Below, piece after piece: positions 1-8,868 of a stretch of DNA of 32,000 bases (the stretch's first letter is position 1; each line of letters begins with the position of its first letter). Both the position numbers and the translations under genes were made by a program. The stretch covers positions 28,034-60,033 of the forward strand of contig NWQM01000005.1 in NCBI GenBank assembly GCA_002798195.1, read 5' to 3'. The notes beneath the pieces are model-generated. The model worked only from the letters and a program-made list of their open reading frames with translations. It was not told the DNA's origin and did no database searches. The DNA comes from Lysobacteraceae bacterium NML03-0222 (GTDB taxonomy: Bacteria; Pseudomonadota; Gammaproteobacteria; Xanthomonadales; Xanthomonadaceae).

Positions 1-2694
1 GTCGGCATGACCTGGCCGCTGGAGCCGGTCGGTCTGCGCGCCTTTGCTCGCGGGCTTGAGGACATCCTGGTGGTGGAAGAAAAGCACAGCTTCATCGAAA
101 GCCAGATGAAGGAGCTGTTCTACAACTTCGAAGGCCAGCGCCCGTCCATCGTCGGCAAATACGACGAGTCCGGCGAGTGGATTCTGCCCTCCACCAACGA
201 GCTGACCCCGGCGCGCATCGCCCATGTCATTGCCCGGCGCATCCAGCGCTTCCACCAGTCCGAGCACATCAGCCAGGTGCTGGCGTGGATGGATGCCAAG
301 GAGGGCGAGCTGGCGCTGCCGCGCGCCAACTTCCCGCGCGTGCCGCACTACTGCTCCGGCTGCCCGCACAACACCTCCACCCAGGTGCCCGAAGGTAGCC
401 GCGCGCTGGCCGGTATCGGCTGTCACTACATGGTGACCTGGATGAACCGCGATACCGATACCTTCACCCATATGGGCGGCGAGGGCGTGACTTGGGCCGG
501 GCAAGCGGAGTTCACCGAAACCCCGCATGTATTCCAGAACTTGGGCGATGGCACCTATTTCCATTCCGGCTCGCTGGCGATTCGCCAGTCGGTCGCGGCG
601 GGCGTGAACATCACCTACAAGATTCTCTACAACGACGCGGTGGCGATGACCGGCGGCCAGCCGGTGGATGGCGTGCTTACGGTGCCGCAGATTGCCCATC
701 AGGTATTGAGCGAAGGCGTCAGCACCATCGTGCTGCTTTCCGACGACATCCAGAAATGGAGCTTGCAACGCTATCTGTTCCCGAAAGAAGTGGAGTTCTG
801 CGACCGCCGCGAGCTGGAGCAGGTGCAAAAGCGGCTGCGAAAGGTCAAGGGCGTTTCGGTGCTGATTTACGAGCAGACCTGCGCCACCGAAAAGCGCCGC
901 CGCCGCAAGCGCGGCAAGATGCCAGACCCGCAAAAACGGGTGCTGATCAATTCGCTGGTCTGCGAAGGCTGCGGCGACTGCGGCAAGAAATCGTTCTGCG
1001 TCAGCGTGCTGCCCAAGGACACCGAATTTGGCCGCAAGCGCGACATCGACCAGAGCAACTGCAATAAAGACTATTCCTGCGTGGAGGGCTTCTGCCCCAG
1101 CTTCGTCACCGTGCATGGCGGCCAGCTGCGCAAGGGCAAGAAGGTCAATGCCGCCGCGCGCTTGGACAATCTGCCCATGCCAGTACAGGCCAGCGACCTC
1201 TCGCGCCCCTGGAATATCCTGATTACCGGCGTGGGCGGCACCGGCGTGGTCACCATCGGCGCCCTGCTGGGCATGGCCGGACACCTGGAAGGCAAGGGCG
1301 CCACCGTGCTCGACCAGACCGGTCTGGCGCAAAAAGGCGGCGCCGTCACCACCCATATCCGCATCGCCCAAACCCCGGCCGATATCCACGCAGTACGCAT
1401 CGCCGCCGGTGAGGCCGACCTGGTGCTGGGCTGCGACATGGTGGTGGTCAATGATTACTGGGCGCTGTCCAAGGTGCGCGCCGGACGCAGCCAGGTGGTG
1501 CTGAACACTTACGAGGCCATGCCCGGCAGCTTCACCACCCGCCCGGACATGCAGTTCCCGGCGGCGGACATTACCGCTGCGGTGCGCACGGCGCTGGGCG
1601 GCCGCGAACCACTGGCCGTGGATGCTACCCAGCTTGCCACCGCACTAATGGGCGATGCCATCGCCGCCAACCTGTTCATGCTCGGCTTTGCCTGGCAGCA
1701 AGGGCTGGTACCGCTGTCATTCGAGGCACTGATGCGCGCCATTGAACTCAACGGCGCAGCGGTGGCGATGAACAAGACCGCCTTTGCCTGGGGAAGGCTG
1801 GCCGCCATCGACATGCCGGCGGTGATTGAGGCCGCCGGTATCGTCCGCAACGCGCCGACCGAGGCGGAAAAAACCCCGCATGCGCTGCCGCTGCTGGCCG
1901 CCACCGCCAATGAAGGCCATGAGTCCGGCCTGTCGCCGCAAGAAGCGCCCTATCAGGAAAGCGAGCTGCGCCATGTGCCCGAACATGACAACGGCGCCGT
2001 CACCTTCCTGCCGCTGGACGATGCCCGGCTATCGCGCTCGCTGGATGAAATCATCAAACGCCGCAAGGCATTCCTGACCGATTATCAGGATGCCGCCTAT
2101 GCCGAGCGCTATCTGCGTCTGGTAAACAAGGTGCGCCAGGCCGAGGAACAACATGCGCCGGGCAGCACCGACCTTTCCGAAGCGGTCGCCCGCTACTTCT
2201 TCAAGCTGATGGCCTACAAGGACGAATATGAAGTCGCCCGGCTATACACCTCGGCCGAGTTCCGCCGCCAGCTTGAGCAGAAATTTGAAGGCGATTACCG
2301 CCTGCACTTCCATTTGGCACCGCCCTTGTTTGCCAAAAAGAACGCCAAGGGCGAGCTGGTCAAGCAGGAATACGGCCCGTGGATGATGCGCGTGTTTGGC
2401 CTGCTGGCCAAGATGAAGCGCCTGCGCGGCGGGCCATTCGACCTCTTTGGCCGCACTGCCGAGCGGCGCATGGAGCGCCAGCTGATTGCCGATTACGAGG
2501 CCACCCTCAACACGCTGCTGGAAACACTCGACGGCGGCAATATTGACCTTGCCACCGAGATTGCCTCCATCCCCGAGCACATCCGCGGCTTTGGCCATGT
2601 CAAGGAAGCGCATGTGGAAAAGGCCAGGGCTCGTCAGGCCGAGCTGCTCAAGGCTTGGCACAACCCGCTGCGCATCGTGCAGCAAGCGGCATAA
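1..2694 (+). CDS. indolepyruvate ferredoxin oxidoreductase family protein (large fused type), 5' end cut by window edge
   Basis: Frame 1 is open from base 1 (895 aa in track). Has a Cys-rich ferredoxin-like stretch (CEGCGDCGKKSFC ... CNKDYSCVEGFCPSF), a GDGTYFHSG TPP-enzyme-like motif and a GVGGTGVVT nucleotide-fold motif. Size and order match ~1150-aa IOR-family proteins. A strong terminator follows. Confidence 0.85.
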   Translation, partial: VGMTWPLEPVGLRAFARGLEDILVVEEKHSFIESQMKELFYNFEGQRPSIVGKYDESGEWILPSTNELTPARIAHVIARRIQRFHQSEHISQVLAWMDAKEGELALPRANFPRVPHYCSGCPHNTSTQVPEGSRALAGIGCHYMVTWMNRDTDTFTHMGGEGVTWAGQAEFTETPHVFQNLGDGTYFHSGSLAIRQSVAAGVNITYKILYNDAVAMTGGQPVDGVLTVPQIAHQVLSEGVSTIVLLSDDIQKWSLQRYLFPKEVEFCDRRELEQVQKRLRKVKGVSVLIYEQTCATEKRRRRKRGKMPDPQKRVLINSLVCEGCGDCGKKSFCVSVLPKDTEFGRKRDIDQSNCNKDYSCVEGFCPSFVTVHGGQLRKGKKVNAAARLDNLPMPVQASDLSRPWNILITGVGGTGVVTIGALLGMAGHLEGKGATVLDQTGLAQKGGAVTTHIRIAQTPADIHAVRIAAGEADLVLGCDMVVVNDYWALSKVRAGRSQVVLNTYEAMPGSFTTRPDMQFPAADITAAVRTALGGREPLAVDATQLATALMGDAIAANLFMLGFAWQQGLVPLSFEALMRAIELNGAAVAMNKTAFAWGRLAAIDMPAVIEAAGIVRNAPTEAEKTPHALPLLAATANEGHESGLSPQEAPYQESELRHVPEHDNGAVTFLPLDDARLSRSLDEIIKRRKAFLTDYQDAAYAERYLRLVNKVRQAEEQHAPGSTDLSEAVARYFFKLMAYKDEYEVARLYTSAEFRRQLEQKFEGDYRLHFHLAPPLFAKKNAKGELVKQEYGPWMMRVFGLLAKMKRLRGGPFDLFGRTAERRMERQLIADYEATLNTLLETLDGGNIDLATEIASIPEHIRGFGHVKEAHVEKARARQAELLKAWHNPLRIVQQAA

Positions 2695-2714
2695 GTGCCA
2701 CAGCAAGTGCCACG

Positions 2715-2741
2715 AAAAACGCCCCATAACGGGGCGTTTTT
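2715..2741. terminator. bidirectional rho-independent terminator between convergent genes
   Basis: AAAAA-CGCCCC-ataac-GGGGCG-TTTTT: perfect 6-bp GC stem with an A-tract on one side and a T-tract on the other. Lies between the IOR stop (2694) and the minus-strand stop (2765). Confidence 0.8.
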
Positions 2742-2764
2742 CATCGGTGCGGGTGCATGCCGTG

Positions 2765-3589
2765 TCAGCGTGCAGCCACCACATCGGCAGGCAGGCCACC
2801 CTCCATCATGCGCCGGGCATCGGCCATGATGCGCTGTGCATTCACGCCCGTGCGGCAGCTGAAGTAGCGCGACTTGCCCAGCCATTCATCGTGTTCGGCA
2901 TAGGCAAACAGCAACTGAGCTTGTTTCAGGTCGTCAATCACCTGCCGGGCAATGCCATGACGCAGTGCCGGGCAGCCCTGACTGCGCCCCAGCCGGCCCT
3001 GCTTGGCAATCAATTCCGGCTCGGCATACCAGGCGCCGTGCATCACGATGGCGCGCTGCCGGGCGGCATCATTGAAGCCCGTATCCAGCCCGTCCAGACG
3101 CAACGAATAACCATTGGCGCCGACATAGGTTTCGGCCGTGCGGTACAGCCCCAGGCTGCTTTGGTAACTGCCCTCGATATTGGAGAAACGACGGGCAAAA
3201 TTCTCGCCGCTGCCCTGCCCGTGACTGACATGCTCGTGATACAGCAATGCCTCACTGGCAAGATCGAATACCCATAGCCGTTTGGCGGTGGAGGGCAACG
3301 AATAATCAATCACCGCCAGGCGCGCGCCGATGCCGCGCTCACCACTGTCGATGGCACAGGCACGCGCTTCCAGCGCCAGCGCCAGCACCCCGACATCAAG
3401 CGTAGGCGCCAGCTGTTGCAGGCGGCGCAACTGTGCCCAGCGCGGGTCGGGCTGCGGCTCGGTTTGCAGTTCGGGCATCGGCAGGGCTTGTTGAACAACT
3501 GCCGCAGGCGCGACAGGACGTTGCGGCGCGCTGCTGCAACTGCCCAGCACCACCGCAGCCAGCAGCGTGAAAGCTATGTGAAATTTCAT
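2765..3589 (-). CDS. L,D-transpeptidase catalytic-domain (YkuD-fold) lipoprotein
   Basis: Start moved from the track ORF (3772) to ATG 3589: MKFHIAFTLLAAVVLGSC is a signal peptide plus lipobox. The C-terminal half carries VMHGAWY...GRLGRSQGCPAL, the His / Ser-x-Gly-Cys type catalytic motif of YkuD-like enzymes. Confidence 0.75.
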   Translation of the reverse strand: MKFHIAFTLLAAVVLGSCSSAPQRPVAPAAVVQQALPMPELQTEPQPDPRWAQLRRLQQLAPTLDVGVLALALEARACAIDSGERGIGARLAVIDYSLPSTAKRLWVFDLASEALLYHEHVSHGQGSGENFARRFSNIEGSYQSSLGLYRTAETYVGANGYSLRLDGLDTGFNDAARQRAIVMHGAWYAEPELIAKQGRLGRSQGCPALRHGIARQVIDDLKQAQLLFAYAEHDEWLGKSRYFSCRTGVNAQRIMADARRMMEGGLPADVVAAR

Positions 3590-3635
3590 GCGCGCACCAT
3601 ACACCGCAAGTTTTACGGCTGCATGAATAGCAGGA

Positions 3636-3649
3636 TTGACCCATATCAA
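3636..3649. promoter_or_regulatory. candidate FNR/Anr-type box TTGAC-N4-ATCAA in the divergent ldt/hemN intergenic region
   Basis: TTGACccatATCAA matches 9/10 of the consensus half-sites TTGAT-N4-ATCAA. It sits between two divergent genes, one of which (hemN) is an anaerobic-type enzyme. Confidence 0.5.
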
Positions 3650-3684
3650 TGCCTGCCGCCTTGCAAGGCGGCATCCTGCCCGGC

Positions 3685-5079
3685 ATGCATACGCCGCTAC
3701 CCCCCTCGCCCGAGCTGCTGCGCCGTTACGACAAACCCGGCCCGCGCTATACCTCTTATCCCACCGCACCACAGTTTTGCGCCAGTTTCGATGAGAGCGC
3801 GCTGCGCCAGGTGATTACCCACAGCAATGGCGACCCGGTGCCGCGCAAGCTGTCGCTGTATGTGCATGTGCCGTATTGCCAAAGCCCATGCTTTTACTGT
3901 GGCTGCAACCGCATCATTACCCGCGACCACAGCAAGAGCACACCGTATATCGCCCGGCTTAAACGCGAAATCGGCATGATGGCGGCCTTGTTCGACCGCG
4001 ACCGCGAAGTCATCCAGCTGCATTTTGGCGGTGGCACGCCCAATTTCTTCAGCCCGGCCGAGCTACGCGGCATTGTCGATGAAATGCGCCGCCATTTGCG
4101 TTTTTCCAACGCAGCCGAGCGCGATATTTCCATCGAGCTTGACCCGCGTTTTGTCAACCCTGCCGAGGTCGCCGAGCTGGCCGATATCGGCTTCAACCGC
4201 GCCAGCCTGGGTGTGCAGGATTTCAATCCCGAGGTGCAGGCCGCCATCAACCGCATCCAGAGCATCGAAGAAACCCGCGACATCATCGAAGCCTGCCGCG
4301 CGCACGGCTTTGCCTCGGTCAATATCGACCTGATCTACGGCCTGCCCAAGCAGACCACGAAAGGGTTTGCCAACACACTCGATAGCGTCATCGCGCTACG
4401 CCCCGACCGGCTGGCGGTGTACAGCTATGCGCATCTGCCGGAGCTATTCCGCCCGCAGCGCCAGCTGAACGCCTTCGACCTGCCCACGGCGGAGGAAAAA
4501 ATCGCCCTGCTGCGGCTTGCCATCGAAAAGCTCACCCAGGCCGGCTATGTGTATATCGGCATGGATCACTTCGCCCTGCCCGATGACGAGCTGGCGCTGG
4601 CACAGGCGCGCGGCAGCCTGCACCGCAATTTCATGGGCTATACCACCCATGCCGACAGCGATTTGATTGGCTTTGGCGTGTCGTCCATCAGCCATATCGG
4701 CGAGAGTTTCAGCCAGAACCCGCGCACCCTGCCGGAATGGGAAGCAGCGATTGATGCCGGTCGCCTGCCGGTCTGGCGCGGCCTTGCCATGAGCGAGGAT
4801 GACAGCCTGCGCGCCGACCTCATCCAGCAATGGATGTGCCACGGCCGTATCGACAAGGCGCAAATCGCGCGTCATTACGACATCGACTTCGATGCCTATT
4901 TTGCCGATGCCATCGAGCGCCTTGCGCCCTTGCAGGCCGATGGCCTGGTGCAGCTTGAGCCCAAGCAAATCACGGCCACTGCCCAAGGGCGCTGGCTACT
5001 GCGCAATATCGCCATGTGCTTCGACGCCTATCTGGGGCAGAGTACAGCCGCACGCCCGGCCTTTTCCAAGGCGATTTGA
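3685..5079 (+). CDS. hemN: oxygen-independent coproporphyrinogen III oxidase (radical SAM)
   Basis: N-terminus ...LLRRYDKPGPRYTSYPTAPQF, radical-SAM cluster motif CQSPCFYCGC, and full-length similarity to HemN. Start is ambiguous: ATG 3685 (MHTPL..., 464 aa) is preferred because ATG 3649 lies inside the FNR-like box. No strong SD precedes either. Confidence 0.9.
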   Translation: MHTPLPPSPELLRRYDKPGPRYTSYPTAPQFCASFDESALRQVITHSNGDPVPRKLSLYVHVPYCQSPCFYCGCNRIITRDHSKSTPYIARLKREIGMMAALFDRDREVIQLHFGGGTPNFFSPAELRGIVDEMRRHLRFSNAAERDISIELDPRFVNPAEVAELADIGFNRASLGVQDFNPEVQAAINRIQSIEETRDIIEACRAHGFASVNIDLIYGLPKQTTKGFANTLDSVIALRPDRLAVYSYAHLPELFRPQRQLNAFDLPTAEEKIALLRLAIEKLTQAGYVYIGMDHFALPDDELALAQARGSLHRNFMGYTTHADSDLIGFGVSSISHIGESFSQNPRTLPEWEAAIDAGRLPVWRGLAMSEDDSLRADLIQQWMCHGRIDKAQIARHYDIDFDAYFADAIERLAPLQADGLVQLEPKQITATAQGRWLLRNIAMCFDAYLGQSTAARPAFSKAI

Positions 5080-5089
5080 GACATCACAG

Positions 5090-5698
5090 TTAGCGCCGAC
5101 TTTCGATAAAGCGCAGGAACTCGTTGCGGGTGCGAGCATCCTCGCGGAACACACCGAGCATGGTCGAAGTCATCATACTCACCCCGCGCTTGTGAACCCC
5201 GCGCGTGGTCATGCACTCGTGCGCGCCTTCCACCACCACCGCCACCCCGGCCGGGTTCAGCGCGCGCTGGATGCAATTGGCAATCTGCGCAGTCATTTTT
5301 TCCTGCACCTGGAAGCGCCGCGCATAGGCATCCACCACCCGCGCCAGCTTGCTGATGCCGACCACCCGGCCACTGGGCAGATAGCCCACATGCACCTTGC
5401 CGATGATCGGCGCCATGTGATGCTCGCAATGGCTTTCGTATTCGATGTCGCGCAGCACGATCATCTCGTCATAACCCTCGACTTCCTCGAAGGTGCGCAA
5501 CAGGTATTCGTCCGGGTCGATGGCATAACCACTGAACCAGTCGCCATAGGCCTTCACCACCCGCTTGGGGGTATCCAGCAGCCCTTCGCGCTGCGGGTCT
5601 TCACCCGCCCAGCGCAACAGCGTGCGCACGGCGGCTTCGGCCTCATCACGGCGGACGCCATTGCGGGTATCGTTATCGGCAGAATCGGATGCGCTCAC
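5090..5698 (-). CDS. folE: GTP cyclohydrolase I
   Basis: Motifs [32 protein letters not shown] and QVQEKMT are typical of FolE. The track ORF starts at a TTG (5794) that would overlap mlaF. GTG 5698 (VSASDS..., 202 aa) is my preferred start, but it is uncertain. Confidence 0.85.
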   Translation of the reverse strand: MSASDSADNDTRNGVRRDEAEAAVRTLLRWAGEDPQREGLLDTPKRVVKAYGDWFSGYAIDPDEYLLRTFEEVEGYDEMIVLRDIEYESHCEHHMAPIIGKVHVGYLPSGRVVGISKLARVVDAYARRFQVQEKMTAQIANCIQRALNPAGVAVVVEGAHECMTTRGVHKRGVSMMTSTMLGVFREDARTRNEFLRFIESRR

Positions 5699-5744
5699 GG
5701 ACAGACTCGGGCAACAAAGGGGCGGCCATCTTATACGGTTGCTG

Positions 5745-6617
5745 ATGAAGGCACAGCGTTTTGCCCATTGCAGCCGCCATTCAGCTTTTGCCAAGCATCA
5801 TTTACCGCTATTTGGCCAGTCTTTGCCTGCTTTGAATCGCTCTTCCGCCCCTGCTGTTTTGCTGGACAACGTGCGTCTGGTGCGCGGCGGGCGCACGATT
5901 GTCGATGACATCAGCCTGCGCGTGCCTGCCGGCAGCATCACTGCGGTACTGGGGCCTTCAGGCTGCGGCAAGTCCACCTTGCTTTCGGCACTGACCGGTG
6001 AGCTGCAGCCCGCGCGCGGCCGGGTGGAGGTTTTTGGTCAGGCCGTACCGCAAACCTCCAAGGCGCTGCTGGAAATGCGCAAGCGGCTGGGGGTGCTGTT
6101 GCAGGGCAATGGCCTGTTGACCGACCTCACCGCTGGCGAAAACATCGCCCTGCCGCTGCGCACGCATACCGATTTGCCACCGCCGGTGCTGGACAAGCTG
6201 GTGGACATGAAGCTGCACGCAGTGGGGCTTCTGGCCGCACGTGATTTGTACCCGCGCGAGTTGTCCGGTGGTATGGCGCGACGTGTGGCGCTGGCGCGAG
6301 CATTGGCGCTGGATCCGCCCCTGATGATTTATGACGAGCCGCTGACCGGGCTGGATCCGATTGCCTCGGGCGTCATCATGAGCCTGATTGCCCGGCTCAA
6401 CCGGGCACTGGGTCTGACCAGCATCGTGGTCAGCCACCATGTGCATGAAACCCTGCCGATTTGCGACCATGTGGTGGTGCTTGCCAATGGCCGGGTGATG
6501 TTCAATGGCAGCCCGGAGGCGCTGCAGCACAGCGACGAGCCGCTGGTACGGCAGTTTTTGAATGGCGCGCCGGATGGCCCCATCGCTTTCGACAGCCCGG
6601 TGAGGAAACAGGCATGA
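5745..6617 (+). CDS. mlaF: phospholipid ABC transporter ATP-binding protein MlaF
   Basis: Walker A GPSGCGKS, signature [14 protein letters not shown], Walker B LMIYDEP, and C-terminal ...PLVRQFLNG typical of MlaF. First gene of the mla cluster. Start is uncertain: ATG 5745, or in-frame TTG 5823/5832. Confidence 0.85.
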   Translation: MKAQRFAHCSRHSAFAKHHLPLFGQSLPALNRSSAPAVLLDNVRLVRGGRTIVDDISLRVPAGSITAVLGPSGCGKSTLLSALTGELQPARGRVEVFGQAVPQTSKALLEMRKRLGVLLQGNGLLTDLTAGENIALPLRTHTDLPPPVLDKLVDMKLHAVGLLAARDLYPRELSGGMARRVALARALALDPPLMIYDEPLTGLDPIASGVIMSLIARLNRALGLTSIVVSHHVHETLPICDHVVVLANGRVMFNGSPEALQHSDEPLVRQFLNGAPDGPIAFDSPVRKQA

Positions 6618-7366
6618 AGGCAATGACCGAAAGCATCCGCAGCATTGGCCGCGCCGGTTTGTTCACGCTGGCGGTATTGCGCGCCTCCCGGCCCAGCCGC
6701 GCATTGTTTGCAGAGCTGGTGCGCGAAATCTACAAAATCGGTGCGCGTTCGCTGCCCATTATCGCCGTTGGCGGCGCGTTCGTCGGTCTTTCGGTGATTT
6801 TGCTGGGCTATCGCGCCCTGGACACCTATGGCGCCAGCAACCAGGTCAGCGCCATGCTGGGGCTGGGGCTGTACCGCGAACTGGCGCCGGTGCTGACCGC
6901 GCTGCTGTTTGTCGGCCGCGCCGGCTCGTCCATCGCCGCCGAGCTTGGCCTGATGCGCGCCACCGACCAACTCACCGCACTGGGACTGATGGCGATCGAC
7001 CCGGTGGCCAAGGTGGTGGTGCCGCGCTTTTGGGCCGCAGTCATCGCCGTGCCACTCTTGACCGGCTTCTTCGTCAGCTTTGCGATGCTTGCCGGCTGGT
7101 TCGAGGCAGTGCATATCCTCGGGCTGGACGCCGGCACGTTCTGGCAGGTGATGAAGGATATTGTCGATTTCCGTTCCGATTTCTTGGGTGCGTTTCTGAA
7201 AGCCGGGGTATTTGGCGCGATTACCGCGCTGGTGGCCGCCCATGCCGGCTTCCATTCCGAGCCCACCATCGAAGGCACCTCGGTCGCCACCACCCGCGCG
7301 GTGGTGAATGCTTCGCTGCTGGTGCTGATGTTCAATTTCGTGCTGTCGGCACTGATGTTCCGATGA
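6614..7366 (+). CDS. mlaE: phospholipid ABC transporter permease MlaE
   Basis: ATG 6614 overlaps the mlaF stop (ATGA), with SD GAGGAA 7 nt upstream. Polytopic membrane protein of the MlaE/Ttg2B type (…LYRELAPVLTALLFVGRAGSSIAAELGLMR…). Confidence 0.9.
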   Translation: MKAMTESIRSIGRAGLFTLAVLRASRPSRALFAELVREIYKIGARSLPIIAVGGAFVGLSVILLGYRALDTYGASNQVSAMLGLGLYRELAPVLTALLFVGRAGSSIAAELGLMRATDQLTALGLMAIDPVAKVVVPRFWAAVIAVPLLTGFFVSFAMLAGWFEAVHILGLDAGTFWQVMKDIVDFRSDFLGAFLKAGVFGAITALVAAHAGFHSEPTIEGTSVATTRAVVNASLLVLMFNFVLSALMFR

Positions 7367-7391
7367 GCGCTCGTTTTTGCAAGGAGTCCCC

Positions 7392-7898
7392 ATGAGTATC
7401 CGTGGCCCGCGTCTTGAGTTCGCCGTCGGTGCCTTTTTGCTGTTGGCGCTGGCCACCCTGCTGGTGCTGGCGATGGCCTCCACCAATGGCAACTTCGGCT
7501 TTTCCTCCAAGACTTATCCGCTGACCGCACGCTTTACCAGCATCGGCCAGCTGCGCGTCAATGGCCCGGTGAAAATCGGCGGGGTGAATATCGGCCGAGT
7601 ATCGGCCATCGAGGTGGATCCGGTGAAATATGATTCGGTCGTCACCCTCGCCATCGACAATACCTTCAAAAACCTGCCTGCCGATACCAGCGCTGGTGTA
7701 TTCACCAGTGGCCTGCTGGGTGAGGCCTACATCGGCCTGCAACCGGGTGGTGACCCGGAAGTCCTGCAAGCGGGCGAGGAAATCGCTTTTACCCAGCCTG
7801 CCGTGGATTTGCTGCAACTGGCAGGCAAATACATGTTCAGCGGTGGCGATACGGGCAGCGGCGATGCTGCTGCAACGCCTGAAGCCCAAACCCCCTGA
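7392..7898 (+). CDS. mlaD: outer-membrane lipid asymmetry protein MlaD (MCE domain)
   Basis: ATG 7392 is preceded by AAGGAG. Has an N-terminal TM anchor, then an MCE domain (…VKIGGVNIGRVSAIEVD…SGLLGEAYIGLQPG). Confidence 0.9.
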   Translation: MSIRGPRLEFAVGAFLLLALATLLVLAMASTNGNFGFSSKTYPLTARFTSIGQLRVNGPVKIGGVNIGRVSAIEVDPVKYDSVVTLAIDNTFKNLPADTSAGVFTSGLLGEAYIGLQPGGDPEVLQAGEEIAFTQPAVDLLQLAGKYMFSGGDTGSGDAAATPEAQTP

Positions 7899-7930
7899 CT
7901 TCATCATTCAAACCGCTACGGAGAACCCGC

Positions 7931-8584
7931 ATGACCCGTACTCTCGTATCTCTTGCCATCACTGCCGTACTGGCCGTGGCGGCCAATCCGGTCAGCGCCC
8001 AAACGGCACGCCCCCAACCGGCAGCACAACCGGCGGCCAGCGGCGCCAGCCAATTGGTGCTGAACAACAGCACGCGCATCTTGACCACGCTGGAATCGCG
8101 TCGCGCCGAGTTCACCCGTGACCGCGCCGCGCTGAACCGCTTCATCGACAACGAATTCAAGCAAATGTTCGACCGCGACTATGCCGCGCGGCTGGTGCTC
8201 GGTCGCCATGCCCGTGGCTCCTCGGACACGGACATCAAACTGTTTGCCGATGCGCTGACGGAAAACCTGATGTCGCGCTACGGCGCTTCGCTGCTGGGCT
8301 TCAATACCCAGCTGCGGGTGCGCATCAAGTCCGAAACCGCCCTGCCCGGCAACCGCGGCGTGCGCGTGGCCAGCGAAATGCTGCGCCAGGGCGGCGAGCC
8401 GATTCCGGTGGACTATTTGCTGCGCCGGGTCGGCGGCCAGTGGCAGGTGTTTGACGTGATGGTGGAGGGCGTATCGTTTGTGCAGACCTTCCGCAATCAG
8501 TTCGACAACCCGCTGAGTCAGCGCGGCATCCGCGCCGTGGCGGCCGAACTCAAAAGTGGCAAGATTCAGGCCAATGCCAACTGA
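7931..8584 (+). CDS. mlaC: periplasmic phospholipid-binding protein MlaC (Ttg2D family)
   Basis: Signal peptide MTRTLVSLAITAVLAVAANPVSA-Q. Position is right after mlaD. Ttg2D-like sequence (…FKQMFDRDYAARLVLGRH…WQVFDVMVEGVSFV). Confidence 0.85.
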   Translation: MTRTLVSLAITAVLAVAANPVSAQTARPQPAAQPAASGASQLVLNNSTRILTTLESRRAEFTRDRAALNRFIDNEFKQMFDRDYAARLVLGRHARGSSDTDIKLFADALTENLMSRYGASLLGFNTQLRVRIKSETALPGNRGVRVASEMLRQGGEPIPVDYLLRRVGGQWQVFDVMVEGVSFVQTFRNQFDNPLSQRGIRAVAAELKSGKIQANAN

Positions 8585-8864
8585 TGCGCTCAATATCGAA
8601 CGTCGTGAAAAGACGCTGGTTTTCCGTGGGGCACTGACCCGCCCTACGGCAGCGTCTGCCTGGCAACAGGCTAGCGCACTGTTGGCAGGCATCGAACAAC
8701 TGGATATTGCTGCTGCCAGCGCCATCGACAGCAGTGGCATGGCCTTGCTGGCGGCGCTGAGCGCGCGCCTGCCCAATGCCCAAATCATCGGCCAGCCTGC
8801 AGGCTTCATCGAACTGCGCGATGCCTACCGGCTGGATGCCCAACTGCAAATGTCCGTGAACTGA
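8574..8864 (+). CDS. mlaB: STAS-domain protein MlaB
   Basis: Small (~96 aa) protein after mlaC with STAS-like features (…LDIAAASAIDSSGMALLAAL…). ATG 8574 overlaps the end of mlaC; the alternative GTG 8556 is in the track. Confidence 0.7.
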   Translation: MPTDALNIERREKTLVFRGALTRPTAASAWQQASALLAGIEQLDIAAASAIDSSGMALLAALSARLPNAQIIGQPAGFIELRDAYRLDAQLQMSVN

Positions 8865-8868
8865 CCCC

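Noticed and set aside
3590-3772. N-terminal extension of the L,D-transpeptidase ORF to 3772 (335 aa)
   Set aside because: The extension is Arg/Ala-rich, would run through the FNR-like box and into hemN, and precedes a textbook signal peptide plus lipobox beginning at ATG 3589.
4799-5908. 369-aa plus-strand ORF running from the end of hemN through folE (antisense) into the mlaF leader
   Set aside because: It is out of frame with hemN and antisense to folE. The composition is His/Arg/Ala-rich with no motifs. It is incompatible with three well-supported genes.
6329-7510. 393-aa minus-strand ORF (and the 234-aa ORF 6826-7530) antisense to mlaF/mlaE/mlaD
   Set aside because: It lies fully inside well-supported mla genes. 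The translation is R/G/A/H/Q-rich low complexity with no recognisable motifs. This is the typical shadow ORF of a high-GC genome.
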